This document shows, one piece after another, positions 53,461 to 63,535 of a stretch of DNA of 64,000 nucleotides. The notes under the pieces are model-generated. The model saw only the letters and a program-made list of their open reading frames with translations. It made no database searches and had not been told where the DNA came from. The DNA comes from Candidatus Omnitrophota bacterium. Lineage in GTDB: Bacteria; Omnitrophota; Gorgyraeia; 2-01-FULL-45-10. The stretch spans positions 25,928 through 89,927 of the forward strand of contig JAQVUX010000006.1 in the NCBI GenBank assembly GCA_028699255.1. The letters are read 5' to 3'. The position numbers and the translations under genes are program-made. Position 1 is the first letter of the stretch. Each line of letters starts with the position of its first letter.

Positions 53461-54674
53461 ATTATCCCGCGCACGATAAGGTTTTTTCTTAATTGTGCCG
53501 AACTTGCTTCAAAAGAATAGCGCTCGCTTATGAAACGCGCCGAATACTCGGAAAATTTTTCAAGGACTTCGTTACTGCAAGAGAATGCTTCGCGCAAGCC
53601 GTTTTCTATAGACGCAGATGAGCTTTCTTTTAAAAGCCAACCTGTTTTATCCGGTATGACTACGCCCGGCATACCACCTACGTAGGTCGCGATAACAGGG
53701 GTCCCGCATGCAAGTGCTTCCAGCACGGCGTTGGGCAACCCTTCGCTTATAGATGGCATAATAAGTATTTTGGAACTATTAAAGATCGCCGGCATGTCAT
53801 TATATCCAGCCCAACTTTTTAATGACACATTAGGAATATTTTTTATTCTATTGCGGACAAAGTTGTCAAGGTTTCCACTGCCGACCACAAGCATCGTTAT
53901 TTTCTTCGCAGTTGTTTTATTATAGTTTTCAAAAGCATCCAAAAGCTGAGGCACACCTTTTTCGACAGATAGCCGGCCTACAAAACATAAGTCGAATTCG
54001 CGTTTTTCTATGGGGAGCTTTTTATGAAACAGGTCGACATACACCACATTTCGCATCTCAACCAATTTTGGAGCGTGTTTATCGAGTATTTTTGCGAAAG
54101 TTTGTACCATTATCGGGTGTTCTATCAAGATATATGAGCTTAACCATAAGTGGAGTTTTTGCAGAATAGCGAGTATGGAAGATAGGAAATGGCCCTTGAT
54201 GCCGGAATATTTAGTTGAGGCGATAAGAGAAACGTCTCCGACAAAAGTAAACATGGTAATGGCGCCTCGCATTTTTGCATAAAGATGCGGTATGGGGAAT
54301 ATGTGCGCCAGGAAGAAGAGTATTTTAACGTTTTTTAAATCGTATTTTTGCAAGACTCGACACACGGCTAACTGTATCCGAAAACCCGCCCACATTTTCG
54401 CAAAGAGATTTTTCTTCTTCCGGCCGTCCGGTTCGACGGAAACCCAGCTGATCCAGTCAGGTGAACCGTTTGACGCACCGTCGGCACCCGGCATAAGTAC
54501 AATAATTTTTTCAAAAATCACACTGAAGAGCGCCAGATATTTTTTAAGTACCGTCTGGCCCGCCTCATTGTCTAAGGGCACCGATTGGGTTATCCATATC
54601 AAGAGGGGAGCGCGCTTGTTGTTTTCTATACGCAATCTTCTTGTCTCCTCCCACCACCAGTGATAATTATCCAT
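53457..54674 (-). CDS. Glycosyltransferase family 4
   Basis: FVGRLSVEKG and ISEGLPNAVLEALACGTPVIAT motifs. Confidence 0.75.
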   Translation of the reverse strand: MDNYHWWWEETRRLRIENNKRAPLLIWITQSVPLDNEAGQTVLKKYLALFSVIFEKIIVLMPGADGASNGSPDWISWVSVEPDGRKKKNLFAKMWAGFRIQLAVCRVLQKYDLKNVKILFFLAHIFPIPHLYAKMRGAITMFTFVGDVSLIASTKYSGIKGHFLSSILAILQKLHLWLSSYILIEHPIMVQTFAKILDKHAPKLVEMRNVVYVDLFHKKLPIEKREFDLCFVGRLSVEKGVPQLLDAFENYNKTTAKKITMLVVGSGNLDNFVRNRIKNIPNVSLKSWAGYNDMPAIFNSSKILIMPSISEGLPNAVLEALACGTPVIATYVGGMPGVVIPDKTGWLLKESSSASIENGLREAFSCSNEVLEKFSEYSARFISERYSFEASSAQLRKNLIVRGII

Positions 54675-54685
54675 GACAGCCCCTA

Positions 54686-57343
54686 TTACTTCTTATTTTT
54701 TTTGAGAAATTGAAAAATCATGTTAAGCCGCAACGGCTCATGCCTGAGCGAAAGGAACCCTACGGCAAGGACGGCGTACAAAATGAATATCCCCGCCGAC
54801 ACGCCTGCGACAGGTAAAACGCCGCCCATCTCTTCAATCCCCGGCGCTAAAAAGCGCGTAAATACAGTTATGAGAACACTTGTTATAATGTAAGGCGCGG
54901 CATGCCACATGAAACTTTTTTTCATATCCCCCGATAGATACACGAACGATACAAGTAAGGATATCACATAAGCGCCGGATGAAAAAGCGAGAACACCGAG
55001 CGGCACCTTTAAGGCAAACATCGCTATAAGAGCCAGGTATGTCAGCCCAGCCGTCGCGTTAGCCCAAAGGTTTACAGACGGTTTTTTTAAAGTGAACAAC
55101 ACAAAGGAGGGGACGATATTGCACGTCCTGAATAAATAACCGACGGTGAGCCCCTTTAACACCCATGTCGCTTTTTCCGCGAAAGCATTGCCCATCCATA
55201 TACGTAAGACCGGCCCTCCCATAATGAATATCCAGGTTGCCGCGAGAAAAGCCAGAAAGAGCTCCGCGTCCAGCGCTATCCTGAATATCTTCTTCCAGTC
55301 TTTTTCTTCCCGGTCGAGATCTTTTTCAACCACTCCGCTTAAATGAGGCAGGAAGACCTGGGCAATCCTTACGATGATCTGTTCTCCCTTGCCAAGTATG
55401 GCCATAGGAACACTGTATAGTGTTACGGCCGCCGCGTTCAAAAAGAAGCCGATAAAGAGCCTGTCGAATATTCCCATGGCAGTAAGCGTTACGTTAGTGA
55501 GGAGGGAAATGCCGCCGAACGAGGCTATCTCTTTAAGCTCGCGCAGGGTGCCCGCAATACGCATGTTCCATCCGGGGAATACCCTTTTTAGCATAAAGAT
55601 GCCGATAAAAGCGAAGCACCAATTCAATATGACGGAATATTCTACGGCGGGTGCCAAAGCACTGGTTATAGACACTATGACGACAACTCCTATGGTATTT
55701 AGCGCATTCCTACCCACTAAAAGAGCGCTTGAAACATCGAACCTTTGGAAACCTATCGCTATAGAGGCCATAAGATTTACTATGATGGTCGGCAGGACGC
55801 CCAGAGCCAGTAGATAAAAAGATTTTAACGAATCGGCGTAATGCCGGTCGGAGGCGTTGAAAAAATGCGATGCTAATACCGGCGCGGCCAAAAAGAGCAA
55901 AATCGAGAAAAGAGCGCCCAGCCACGCCGTAAAACGCAGGATGCTGTTTATGTGCCTGTTGAGGCCATCCAGGTCTTTTTTTGCAATGTATTTTGGAATG
56001 AAGGCGGTAGCCGTCATTTTAAGTCCAAAATCCAGCAGGTCTGCTAACCCAAGCAATATACTGCAAATCGCCCATATTCCATACAGCTCCAGGCCCAATT
56101 CTTTAACGAGAAATGGCGTTGCGAATATCAATAAAAGAGCGGGGAGTAATAATGTGAGAAGATTGTATGCGCTGTTTCTGGTGACTGTCCGCAGGGGCGG
56201 CATAAGCCGCCGGTCGGGATTCGTTATTTGATATATGCTTTTTCGCAGGATAGGGAACAGGACGTAAAAGAGTTCTTTTAACAGTATTATCGGGGAGTGG
56301 CGCAGGCTTATCGAAATACCCGAGGCGCACCCGGGGCATTTTTTGAAGAACATGCACCTCTCCGCCGCTTTATATTCGGGCGAGCGTAGTATTTCCGTTA
56401 ACGGATTTATGGTAAGATTGCCGCGTCTTCCCATTGACCAGCAACCCCCGAATACGTTTCCCCTCGAATCGATACACAACCTTTTCTGGGAGGTAACGCA
56501 GGGAAGTTTTTCTTGCCGCGGATTTGCGAAATAATTGCGCATGAAAGTGATTTCAGAGTATAAAAGATTGACGGAATCCCGATCACGGTTTTTCTGCTCG
56601 ACCAGAATGCGTTGTGCCTCGGCGACGGTAGTTTCATCCGGCCAGTAGTCGTCTCTTTCCATGGATGACCGCCCCGCTCTGAAAAAATACGGGGTCGAAT
56701 CGAGAAGATTAAGGCCGATGGGGATATTTAATTTTTCCCGGAAGGCTAAAACAGAGGGCAGATAAGCTATCGTTTTTTTTGTAAGCGTGAAGCTTATGAT
56801 GCCCCTAAGCTTTCCTTCATTTATCCTGCTTGCGATAAGCTCGCACGCTTTTTCCACTTTTTCATACGAGCCTTTTATGCCGCGGACGGATTCGAACTCT
56901 TCTCCTATACCGTCAACGGATACGGCTATGAATTTCGTACCTGACTCTATTAGCGTGTCGAGCAGAGGCTTATCGAGGAGATAGCCGTTTGTGATCAGTC
57001 CGACGCTCATACCGAAGTTTTTCGCTGTTTCTACGAGTTCCGGCAGGTCTTTCCGTAGAAGCGGTTCGCCACCCGCGAAAACCACATTCGATATGCGGTT
57101 ATCTTTAAGTTGTTTTAATACGTTTTTCCATCCGTCTGTGGTAAGCTCTCCGGCGCCGTCACTGTGCCATGCGCCGCAGGTAACGCACTGGAAATTGCAC
57201 CGGTCGGTTACGTTGACCGCCGCATAGGAATGCGCCTCTTTCAAGAGAGGATACAGGAACGGGATTCGATATGCGATATTGGCGTTTATAAGTGAAGGGA
57301 AGTATCGTGCGGATATATTAAAAATACTCTTTTTTTTATGCAT
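54686..57343 (-). CDS. Fusion protein: N-terminal radical SAM/SPASM domain plus C-terminal Wzx-like polysaccharide flippase (PST family)
   Basis: CNFQCVTC radical SAM motif; SPASM-like Cys clusters (CVTSQKRLCIDSRGNVFGGC, CMFFKKCPGC); then ~500 aa with 12 or more predicted TM helices. Single ORF of 885 aa. Confidence 0.6.
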   Translation of the reverse strand: MHKKKSIFNISARYFPSLINANIAYRIPFLYPLLKEAHSYAAVNVTDRCNFQCVTCGAWHSDGAGELTTDGWKNVLKQLKDNRISNVVFAGGEPLLRKDLPELVETAKNFGMSVGLITNGYLLDKPLLDTLIESGTKFIAVSVDGIGEEFESVRGIKGSYEKVEKACELIASRINEGKLRGIISFTLTKKTIAYLPSVLAFREKLNIPIGLNLLDSTPYFFRAGRSSMERDDYWPDETTVAEAQRILVEQKNRDRDSVNLLYSEITFMRNYFANPRQEKLPCVTSQKRLCIDSRGNVFGGCWSMGRRGNLTINPLTEILRSPEYKAAERCMFFKKCPGCASGISISLRHSPIILLKELFYVLFPILRKSIYQITNPDRRLMPPLRTVTRNSAYNLLTLLLPALLLIFATPFLVKELGLELYGIWAICSILLGLADLLDFGLKMTATAFIPKYIAKKDLDGLNRHINSILRFTAWLGALFSILLFLAAPVLASHFFNASDRHYADSLKSFYLLALGVLPTIIVNLMASIAIGFQRFDVSSALLVGRNALNTIGVVVIVSITSALAPAVEYSVILNWCFAFIGIFMLKRVFPGWNMRIAGTLRELKEIASFGGISLLTNVTLTAMGIFDRLFIGFFLNAAAVTLYSVPMAILGKGEQIIVRIAQVFLPHLSGVVEKDLDREEKDWKKIFRIALDAELFLAFLAATWIFIMGGPVLRIWMGNAFAEKATWVLKGLTVGYLFRTCNIVPSFVLFTLKKPSVNLWANATAGLTYLALIAMFALKVPLGVLAFSSGAYVISLLVSFVYLSGDMKKSFMWHAAPYIITSVLITVFTRFLAPGIEEMGGVLPVAGVSAGIFILYAVLAVGFLSLRHEPLRLNMIFQFLKKNKK

Positions 57344-57388
57344 TGTTCAAACTTTCCGGCAATCTTACAGCGCTTGGGACAGCCGTTA

Positions 57389-58828
57389 TCAGCGTTTCTC
57401 ATAATAGCCGTATTCTCCAACCCCGTCCATTACCCTATTGACTATTATGCCTGTTATTGTTCCGTGCGATTCTATTATTCTATCTTTCGTTTCACGAATC
57501 ATACCGACGGAAGTATGCGGGCCATTGACGACAAGCACTATTCCATCGACAGCAGATGAGAGAAGGGAGGTGTCGGCAACGCTGAGCATTGGGGCCGAGT
57601 CCAAAAGGATAATGTCGAATCTTGTTTTTAATAATGATATCAAAGAAACGGTCTTTTTCGAGTAAAGCAATTCCGCCGGGTTTACGCAGAAGCCCCCGGT
57701 GGAAATCAGGGATATGCCTGGTATTGAAGTGGACCGTATAATGTTGTCTATCGCCGCCTTGTCGGTTAAAAATTCGCTAATGCCGGGTTTTTGAGGAAGG
57801 TTGAATATTGTATGGAGGCCTCCGCGGTGCAGATCCATATCTATCAGAAGAACACGTTCGTTCATACGAGCAAAAGTTATCGCTAGATTGGAGGACACAA
57901 AGCTTTTACCTTCCCGCGGCATCGTAGAAGTGATAAGAAGGCTTTTTAGTGAACGCTTCTCATGGGTCAAAAAACGTATCGCGGCCGCCGCTACGCGGAA
58001 CGATTCGGAAACCGCAGACTCGGTATATTTATGACAGACCAATTCTTTATCACAGGCAGAATTCGACCAGATATTGACCGATGGGATATAGCCGAGAAAA
58101 TGAAAACCGAGATTGCGCGCGTCTGCGGCGGTGAATTTTGTAGATTCGACGAATTCCAGGCCTAATGCCGCCAAAACTCCGAGGAATATCCCTGCCAATA
58201 ACCCGACGATAAAATCGATGAGGCGTCTTGGGCGTATCGGCTCGCGCGGAGGCCTCGCAAGATCGACAATGCGTATTCGCGAAATCTCTACATCTTCTCT
58301 AAAAATACGCCCCGCCCTTAAAGCGGCTTCCTGCGCCGCCATAGTTCGGGCTTTGGTATCTTCTTCGATATAGGCATTGGCAAGCGCGTTGGCAATATTG
58401 CTTGCCAATCGCGGATCATTGTTTTCGACGTGTATGAGAACAATGTGACTATTCTTTACAATCTCTATGCTTATTTTTTTTCTTATCTGTTCGATAGGAT
58501 CCATAGTGTCATTGAAAATATTTTTTTCACCCAACCGTAAATGTTTAAATACCATTTCAGTCAGGGTATACGATTGCAGGATTTTGGCCTGTGTTTCATA
58601 ATATTGTGTTTCGCTGTAATCCGGTTGATAGACGTCTTGAATATTAGTAATTCTCGGTGGTGTTTTTTCTATAAGAATGCTCGAGGTTGCCATGTAAACA
58701 GGCGGTGCAACAAAGATATACAGCGCGGTTGCTATTAATGCGGTCGAAAAAAAGCCAATGGCTATGAGCCATCGCTTTTTCAAAATATGCTTGATATCAT
58801 CAATTGTCATCTCTTGCGGATATGCCAA
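57389..58828 (-). CDS. Polysaccharide co-polymerase / BY-kinase (compact Wzc/GumC-like tyrosine autokinase)
   Basis: N-terminal Wzz TM domain; C-terminal P-loop TSTMPREGKS...LLIDMDLHRG; 479 aa. Confidence 0.75.
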   Translation of the reverse strand: MAYPQEMTIDDIKHILKKRWLIAIGFFSTALIATALYIFVAPPVYMATSSILIEKTPPRITNIQDVYQPDYSETQYYETQAKILQSYTLTEMVFKHLRLGEKNIFNDTMDPIEQIRKKISIEIVKNSHIVLIHVENNDPRLASNIANALANAYIEEDTKARTMAAQEAALRAGRIFREDVEISRIRIVDLARPPREPIRPRRLIDFIVGLLAGIFLGVLAALGLEFVESTKFTAADARNLGFHFLGYIPSVNIWSNSACDKELVCHKYTESAVSESFRVAAAAIRFLTHEKRSLKSLLITSTMPREGKSFVSSNLAITFARMNERVLLIDMDLHRGGLHTIFNLPQKPGISEFLTDKAAIDNIIRSTSIPGISLISTGGFCVNPAELLYSKKTVSLISLLKTRFDIILLDSAPMLSVADTSLLSSAVDGIVLVVNGPHTSVGMIRETKDRIIESHGTITGIIVNRVMDGVGEYGYYEKR

Positions 58829-58846
58829 GCTAATCCTCGTTTATTA

Positions 58847-59725
58847 TCAGAAAAATGATTCTGGAACAGATATTGTATCATTCGCTTTTAACAGTACGTC
58901 TTTTGACTTATTTCCGGTATGCAGAATAGTAGTAATAGGAACAACTATAACGATATTTTTATCGCCGTCTTTTCGTATTATTTTTGTAGCGTCTCCCGCG
59001 GCGTATTCGTCGAAACCACCTGCGAGCGCGATTGCCTCGACGGCGGTAAGTCCGGCTTTTAGTTCATAAGCCCCTGGCTTTTTAACCTCACCCAAAACGT
59101 ATACCTTAGCGTATTCTTTAGTAAAAGGGTTGACTCTCTGGTCTACAAGCACCGATATGGTATCGTTTGGTTTTAATATAATGTCTTTTGATCTGTCGCC
59201 GGTCTGCAGGATGGTTGCCACCGGAACGATTATGACGGTATCTTTATCGCCGTCTTTTCGCATAATCTTTGTTTCATCTCCATCGGCGTATTCACCAAAA
59301 CCACCTGCGAGCGCGATTGCCTCGACGGCGGTAAGTCCGGCTTTTAGTTCATAAGCCCCTGGCTTTTTAACCTCACCCAAAACGTATACCTTAGCGTATT
59401 CTTTAATAAAAACGCTGACTTTCGGATCTAAGAAATAACCCTCTTTTAAAAGTCCGACAAGCGTTATTTCTACTTCACGTGCGGTAAATCCGGCAACATC
59501 AATATTGCCAAGAGGAGAATAGGTGATAGTACCATCGGCAGCTACGCGAGCCTCTTTACTAAAATCCGGCTCTCCATGCACTTCGATTCTAAGAAGATCG
59601 CCTACAGCTATACGATAATCGGAGTTTTGTGCTTCCTGAGCGTATGTGAGCGCGCCCGCAAATACCACTAATAATGCCATAGATAATAAGGCTAAAAATT
59701 TTTTCATTTGCACCTCGCTTAGCAA
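58847..59725 (-). CDS. Polysaccharide export protein (Wza-like, SLBB domains) with an internal tandem duplication
   Basis: Signal peptide; two ~95-aa repeats (KEYAKVYVLGEVKKPGAYELKAGLTAVEAIALAGGF...) sharing a ~110-nt identical DNA core. Confidence 0.7.
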   Translation of the reverse strand: MLSEVQMKKFLALLSMALLVVFAGALTYAQEAQNSDYRIAVGDLLRIEVHGEPDFSKEARVAADGTITYSPLGNIDVAGFTAREVEITLVGLLKEGYFLDPKVSVFIKEYAKVYVLGEVKKPGAYELKAGLTAVEAIALAGGFGEYADGDETKIMRKDGDKDTVIIVPVATILQTGDRSKDIILKPNDTISVLVDQRVNPFTKEYAKVYVLGEVKKPGAYELKAGLTAVEAIALAGGFDEYAAGDATKIIRKDGDKNIVIVVPITTILHTGNKSKDVLLKANDTISVPESFF

Positions 59726-59856
59726 ATTTCATTATACAAATATTTTACTCTAATATAACATATAACCACTTGTGCGTCAAGGCACGAAAGAAATGCGTAA
59801 AAAAACCTTGCCATATGAAGCCGGGGGTTATATAATAAGGTCGCAAAATTTCTAAA

Positions 59857-59933
59857 GGGGACGTAGTTCAGCTGGTTAGAACGTCAGATTGTCGATCTGA
59901 AGGTCGCGGGTTCGATCCCCGTCGTCCCCGCCA
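59857..59933 (+). tRNA. tRNA-Asp (GTC)
   Basis: Acceptor GGGGACG/CGTCCCC; anticodon loop TTGTCGA; CCA encoded. Confidence 0.85.
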
Positions 59934-60035
59934 AAATTAAAAAGCTTCTGTTTAAATATCGGCTTTTTAATTTTGCTCCGAAGGTCTGGCGAAAAAATAT
60001 GCCCATTTTAACCTAAATGCAAATTCATAAAATGG

Positions 60036-60064
60036 CCAGAATTTTTCGCCGCGCTTAGACCGAG
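60036..60064 (+). repeat. Left copy of a 29-bp imperfect direct repeat, CCAGAATTTTTCGCCgcgCTTAGACCGAG
   Basis: Matches 63751-63779 at 26 of 29 positions, in the same orientation. Confidence 0.5.
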
Positions 60065-60119
60065 GAGCTACCTTTGGAGTTTTGATAATGCATAGCAGGC
60101 CGATATAGATAATCATATA

Positions 60120-60143
60120 GCAACCCAAGCGGTTGCTTTTTTT
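60120..60143 (+). terminator. Rho-independent terminator: GCAACC-caagc-GGTTGC stem-loop followed by seven T residues
   Basis: Seen directly, downstream of tRNA-Asp and upstream of the KAP gene. Confidence 0.5.
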
Positions 60144-60224
60144 ATTCTTGGAAGGCATGGCACAAAAATGGCACAGTAAACGGAACCAAGCAGAGTATGG
60201 AAAAACTTGCATGGGGAGGAAAAA

Positions 60225-63200
60225 ATGGTTGAAGAAAAATCTTCTAGCACGAGTTACTTATCAGATTCCGCTGTAAATAAATTGACAGAGGATAAGTTTA
60301 AGCATGCTGAGATTGCAAAAATAATAAAACAGATAACAATGGAATGTCCTATGCCATTTACTATTGGCCTGTTCGGAAGTTGGGGAACAGGCAAAACTAC
60401 AATTTCGAACTTTTTTAGAGATATGTTACTAAAAATTGAAAAAATCGCAGTAGTTTATTTCGATGTTTGGAAATACGAGCGAGATTGTTTAAGAAGGCAA
60501 TTTTTAATTACGTTGGTAGACAGTCTAAAAAAACAAAAAAAGTTAGGTAATAAATTCAAATTAAATAAGGCATTGTTTTTTAATATTGGTACACCGGAAA
60601 TAAAAATTAAATGGCTAACGTGGTTGATACATGTCAGCATTTATATCATACCGCTAGTATTGATTTTCATAATAAATGTGTATTGTTACAGACAAATGGC
60701 AATGACAAACTCTGCCGTTTTTATTTTTACTGTCATTTATCTTCTTGTTTTTCTAAAAATGCTTTACGAGAGCATCAAGACCATTGCCCAATCCATCTCT
60801 GTTGAAACGACCACAATCGAGCAAGATCGTTTGAGCGAGCCGGATGAATTTGAAAGTGAATTTGATAGAGTTCTTAAAGAAATGGAAAATGTAGACAGGT
60901 TAATCATCGTGATTGATAATCTTGATAGATGCGAACATAGAAAAGCCACAGAGTTATTGTCTACAGTAAAAACTTTTTTAGAGAAAGATAAATGTGTTTA
61001 TGTAGTTCAGTGTGACGAAAAAGCAATCAAGGATCATCTTAAGAAGGTGTATGAAGAAATCGACCCGGATGAGTATCTAAGGAAATTCTTTAACACCGTT
61101 ATTAATATTCCCAGTTTTATCAGAAGTGATTTGGATAATTATACAGAGAAATTATTAGGAATAACTAAGATACCCGAATTCAATGCTTCAGAAGTTGGTA
61201 CAATTATTACAACAGCATTTAGAGAAAATCCTAGAAGAATAAAACAGTTTATAAATATGCTGATTTCTTATCTCCTCTTAGCAAAAGAAAGAGAATCTGA
61301 AATATCGAAAAGCTTATTGCCCGAAGGTGTTATAACAAAAAACATTCCATTTTTAACTAAATTTTTAATATTAAGACATAACTGGCCCGATTTTTTTGAA
61401 ATCGTTAAAGATGATCCTAGCATTCTCGACGAAATTAATTTTTCTTATAGGGACCACAAAATTCAACTAATTGAAAAAATTAAAAATATACTTAACAAAG
61501 ACCGAAAGCTGGATGATTTTCTTAGAAGTACGCAATTGTATACTACAAAATATCCAAGAGCATTTTTATATTTAAAGCAATCGTCGGAAGAACTCAAAAT
61601 ACCCGAAAGCGAAGATATTAGAATAGCCCTATTAGACGGCAAACAAAGTTTCATCGAAGAAAAATTTAAGATGATAAAAGTGAACAAAGAACTGATAACT
61701 GCCTATGAGAAAATAGTTCTGGACCTTCTTGATAATAGCTCCGATCGATTAACGAGGCTTTTCCATATTTTGAATGTCTCAATTAGCGGATCCCGGAAAA
61801 TTGGTATTAATTTTAGCCAAAATCTCCATAATAAAGCAATTGATATAATTTCTAGCAAACTTGCCGACTATTTCTATCGTTTTGATCCAGAGGATATTTT
61901 TATGGTTCTCGACCAATGTTCACCGACATTGAGAAAACCAATAATAAATCGCTGTTCAAAATTATTATCGGAATCAAAATTACCGGGATCGGATGAGCTG
62001 TTTGGAACCATTGATCTAAAGAAATATCAAGAGAGTCTAATTCACCAAATCTCATTACATATGTCGTGGTTTGAGGAGGAAAAAAATGATATCCAAAAAA
62101 CAATAGCTGTTAGTTATACACATGATCTAGAAATCATTGAGCAGCTATGCCAAGATAATAATTTAATCAAATTTTTTATATCGAAAGATGCTCTTGGCAA
62201 AATAGTCGATCAGATCTCTGATGCTGAGGTACAAGAAACGAAAGAGGGCGAGAAAATTAAACTAGAGCGAAGAATAAAAATTTTGAAAAGCTGTGATAGT
62301 CTGATGAATAACAACATTAAACTCGCACTGATTACTAAACTAGACAATTTATTAAAACTAGTCAATCCTCAACCTTTAACCGAGTCAAAACGCCAGTTTT
62401 TAGCATCACTTTCTACTGTTTTAGCCAATTTTAATCTCGACGTAATTAATAACAATAAAGAAATAACTATTTTATCAAAAGATTTATTGAGCGGATATAA
62501 CGCTGCTGGCTCAGAACAAATAAGAACAGAGTACATAATTCCTTTGATTCTTATCGAAGAAAAAGTCGGGGCAGATATGAAGTCAACTATTAATAGTGTT
62601 GTAACCCCGTTTCTTACAAATACCAAGCCAAATTTAATTTCAGAAATAGTTTCCAAATTGACTAATCTAGGCGTAAAAAAGTTCATAGAAGAAAAGTATA
62701 AATCAATTTTCTTCATACGCGCATCGCAATATCCAGCAATTTTTGATTCATTGTGGACGAATTATGGCCCAGAATTGAAAGATGCATTGTTTGTAAACAT
62801 GATAGTGTCTTCGCATTATATGACTGCTATGAATAAAATCAAAAGTGCCAATTATAAGGTTGAAAAACCATCTTTGATTGCTCAAGCTATAATTGAAAAA
62901 CTCCCCTTGATTAATGCTAATGAAAAAGCCGAATTTTATACCGCTTTATCTGCTTTAAATTGTGGAGATTCGCAGGAAATACTAGAAAAATATATAGTTC
63001 AACTTAGGGGCGAATTGATATCTGGTGATATGCAACGAGAGGAAATCGGGTATCGTGCTTTAAAAGAAGGAAAAAATTCAAAAGTTCTTAATTTGGAAAC
63101 ATGCAAAACTATTGTTAACGACTTGATAAATAGTTTGGAAAAAATAGAAATCCTGACTCAAAAAAATACTTTCGCGTTTGATACAGTTATATTTTTATGG

Positions 63201-63500
63201 AATGATTTGAGCCTTACACACAGAGATAAGTTTGTTACGTTAATCGTTTATAAATTAATTGAAAAAAATGCGGAGATCGAAACAAAAAAAATAGGATTAT
63301 CCAAATTGGCAGAGTGCAAACCAGCATATAATGATCATGAGTCAAACTTTGATCACTTATTAAGCATCATAGAAAAAATTGCGGACGCAAATAACAAAAA
63401 AATAGTAGCTGATGAATTTTTGAAATCTATGCCAACAAAAGAAAAAATGGATAAAAAAGAAGAAACGTTTTGGAATAAAGTCGAGAAAATGACAAAGTGA
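60225..63500 (+). CDS. KAP-family P-loop NTPase with ~750-aa C-terminal extension
   Basis: GSWGTGKTT Walker A; two TM helices inserted before Walker B LIIVIDNLDRC (the KAP hallmark); RBS GGGGAGG 5 nt upstream of ATG at 60225; the track ORF starts at TTG 60207. Confidence 0.75.
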   Translation: MVEEKSSSTSYLSDSAVNKLTEDKFKHAEIAKIIKQITMECPMPFTIGLFGSWGTGKTTISNFFRDMLLKIEKIAVVYFDVWKYERDCLRRQFLITLVDSLKKQKKLGNKFKLNKALFFNIGTPEIKIKWLTWLIHVSIYIIPLVLIFIINVYCYRQMAMTNSAVFIFTVIYLLVFLKMLYESIKTIAQSISVETTTIEQDRLSEPDEFESEFDRVLKEMENVDRLIIVIDNLDRCEHRKATELLSTVKTFLEKDKCVYVVQCDEKAIKDHLKKVYEEIDPDEYLRKFFNTVINIPSFIRSDLDNYTEKLLGITKIPEFNASEVGTIITTAFRENPRRIKQFINMLISYLLLAKERESEISKSLLPEGVITKNIPFLTKFLILRHNWPDFFEIVKDDPSILDEINFSYRDHKIQLIEKIKNILNKDRKLDDFLRSTQLYTTKYPRAFLYLKQSSEELKIPESEDIRIALLDGKQSFIEEKFKMIKVNKELITAYEKIVLDLLDNSSDRLTRLFHILNVSISGSRKIGINFSQNLHNKAIDIISSKLADYFYRFDPEDIFMVLDQCSPTLRKPIINRCSKLLSESKLPGSDELFGTIDLKKYQESLIHQISLHMSWFEEEKNDIQKTIAVSYTHDLEIIEQLCQDNNLIKFFISKDALGKIVDQISDAEVQETKEGEKIKLERRIKILKSCDSLMNNNIKLALITKLDNLLKLVNPQPLTESKRQFLASLSTVLANFNLDVINNNKEITILSKDLLSGYNAAGSEQIRTEYIIPLILIEEKVGADMKSTINSVVTPFLTNTKPNLISEIVSKLTNLGVKKFIEEKYKSIFFIRASQYPAIFDSLWTNYGPELKDALFVNMIVSSHYMTAMNKIKSANYKVEKPSLIAQAIIEKLPLINANEKAEFYTALSALNCGDSQEILEKYIVQLRGELISGDMQREEIGYRALKEGKNSKVLNLETCKTIVNDLINSLEKIEILTQKNTFAFDTVIFLWNDLSLTHRDKFVTLIVYKLIEKNAEIETKKIGLSKLAECKPAYNDHESNFDHLLSIIEKIADANNKKIVADEFLKSMPTKEKMDKKEETFWNKVEKMTK

Positions 63501-63535
63501 CATTAGGGTTAAGTAATTTGTTTGCGAATCAATAT

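Noticed and set aside
59967-60212. 81-aa minus-strand ORF between tRNA-Asp and the KAP gene
   Set aside because: It spans the direct repeat and the plus-strand terminator hairpin, has no RBS, and is hydrophobic and low-complexity. It is likely spurious.
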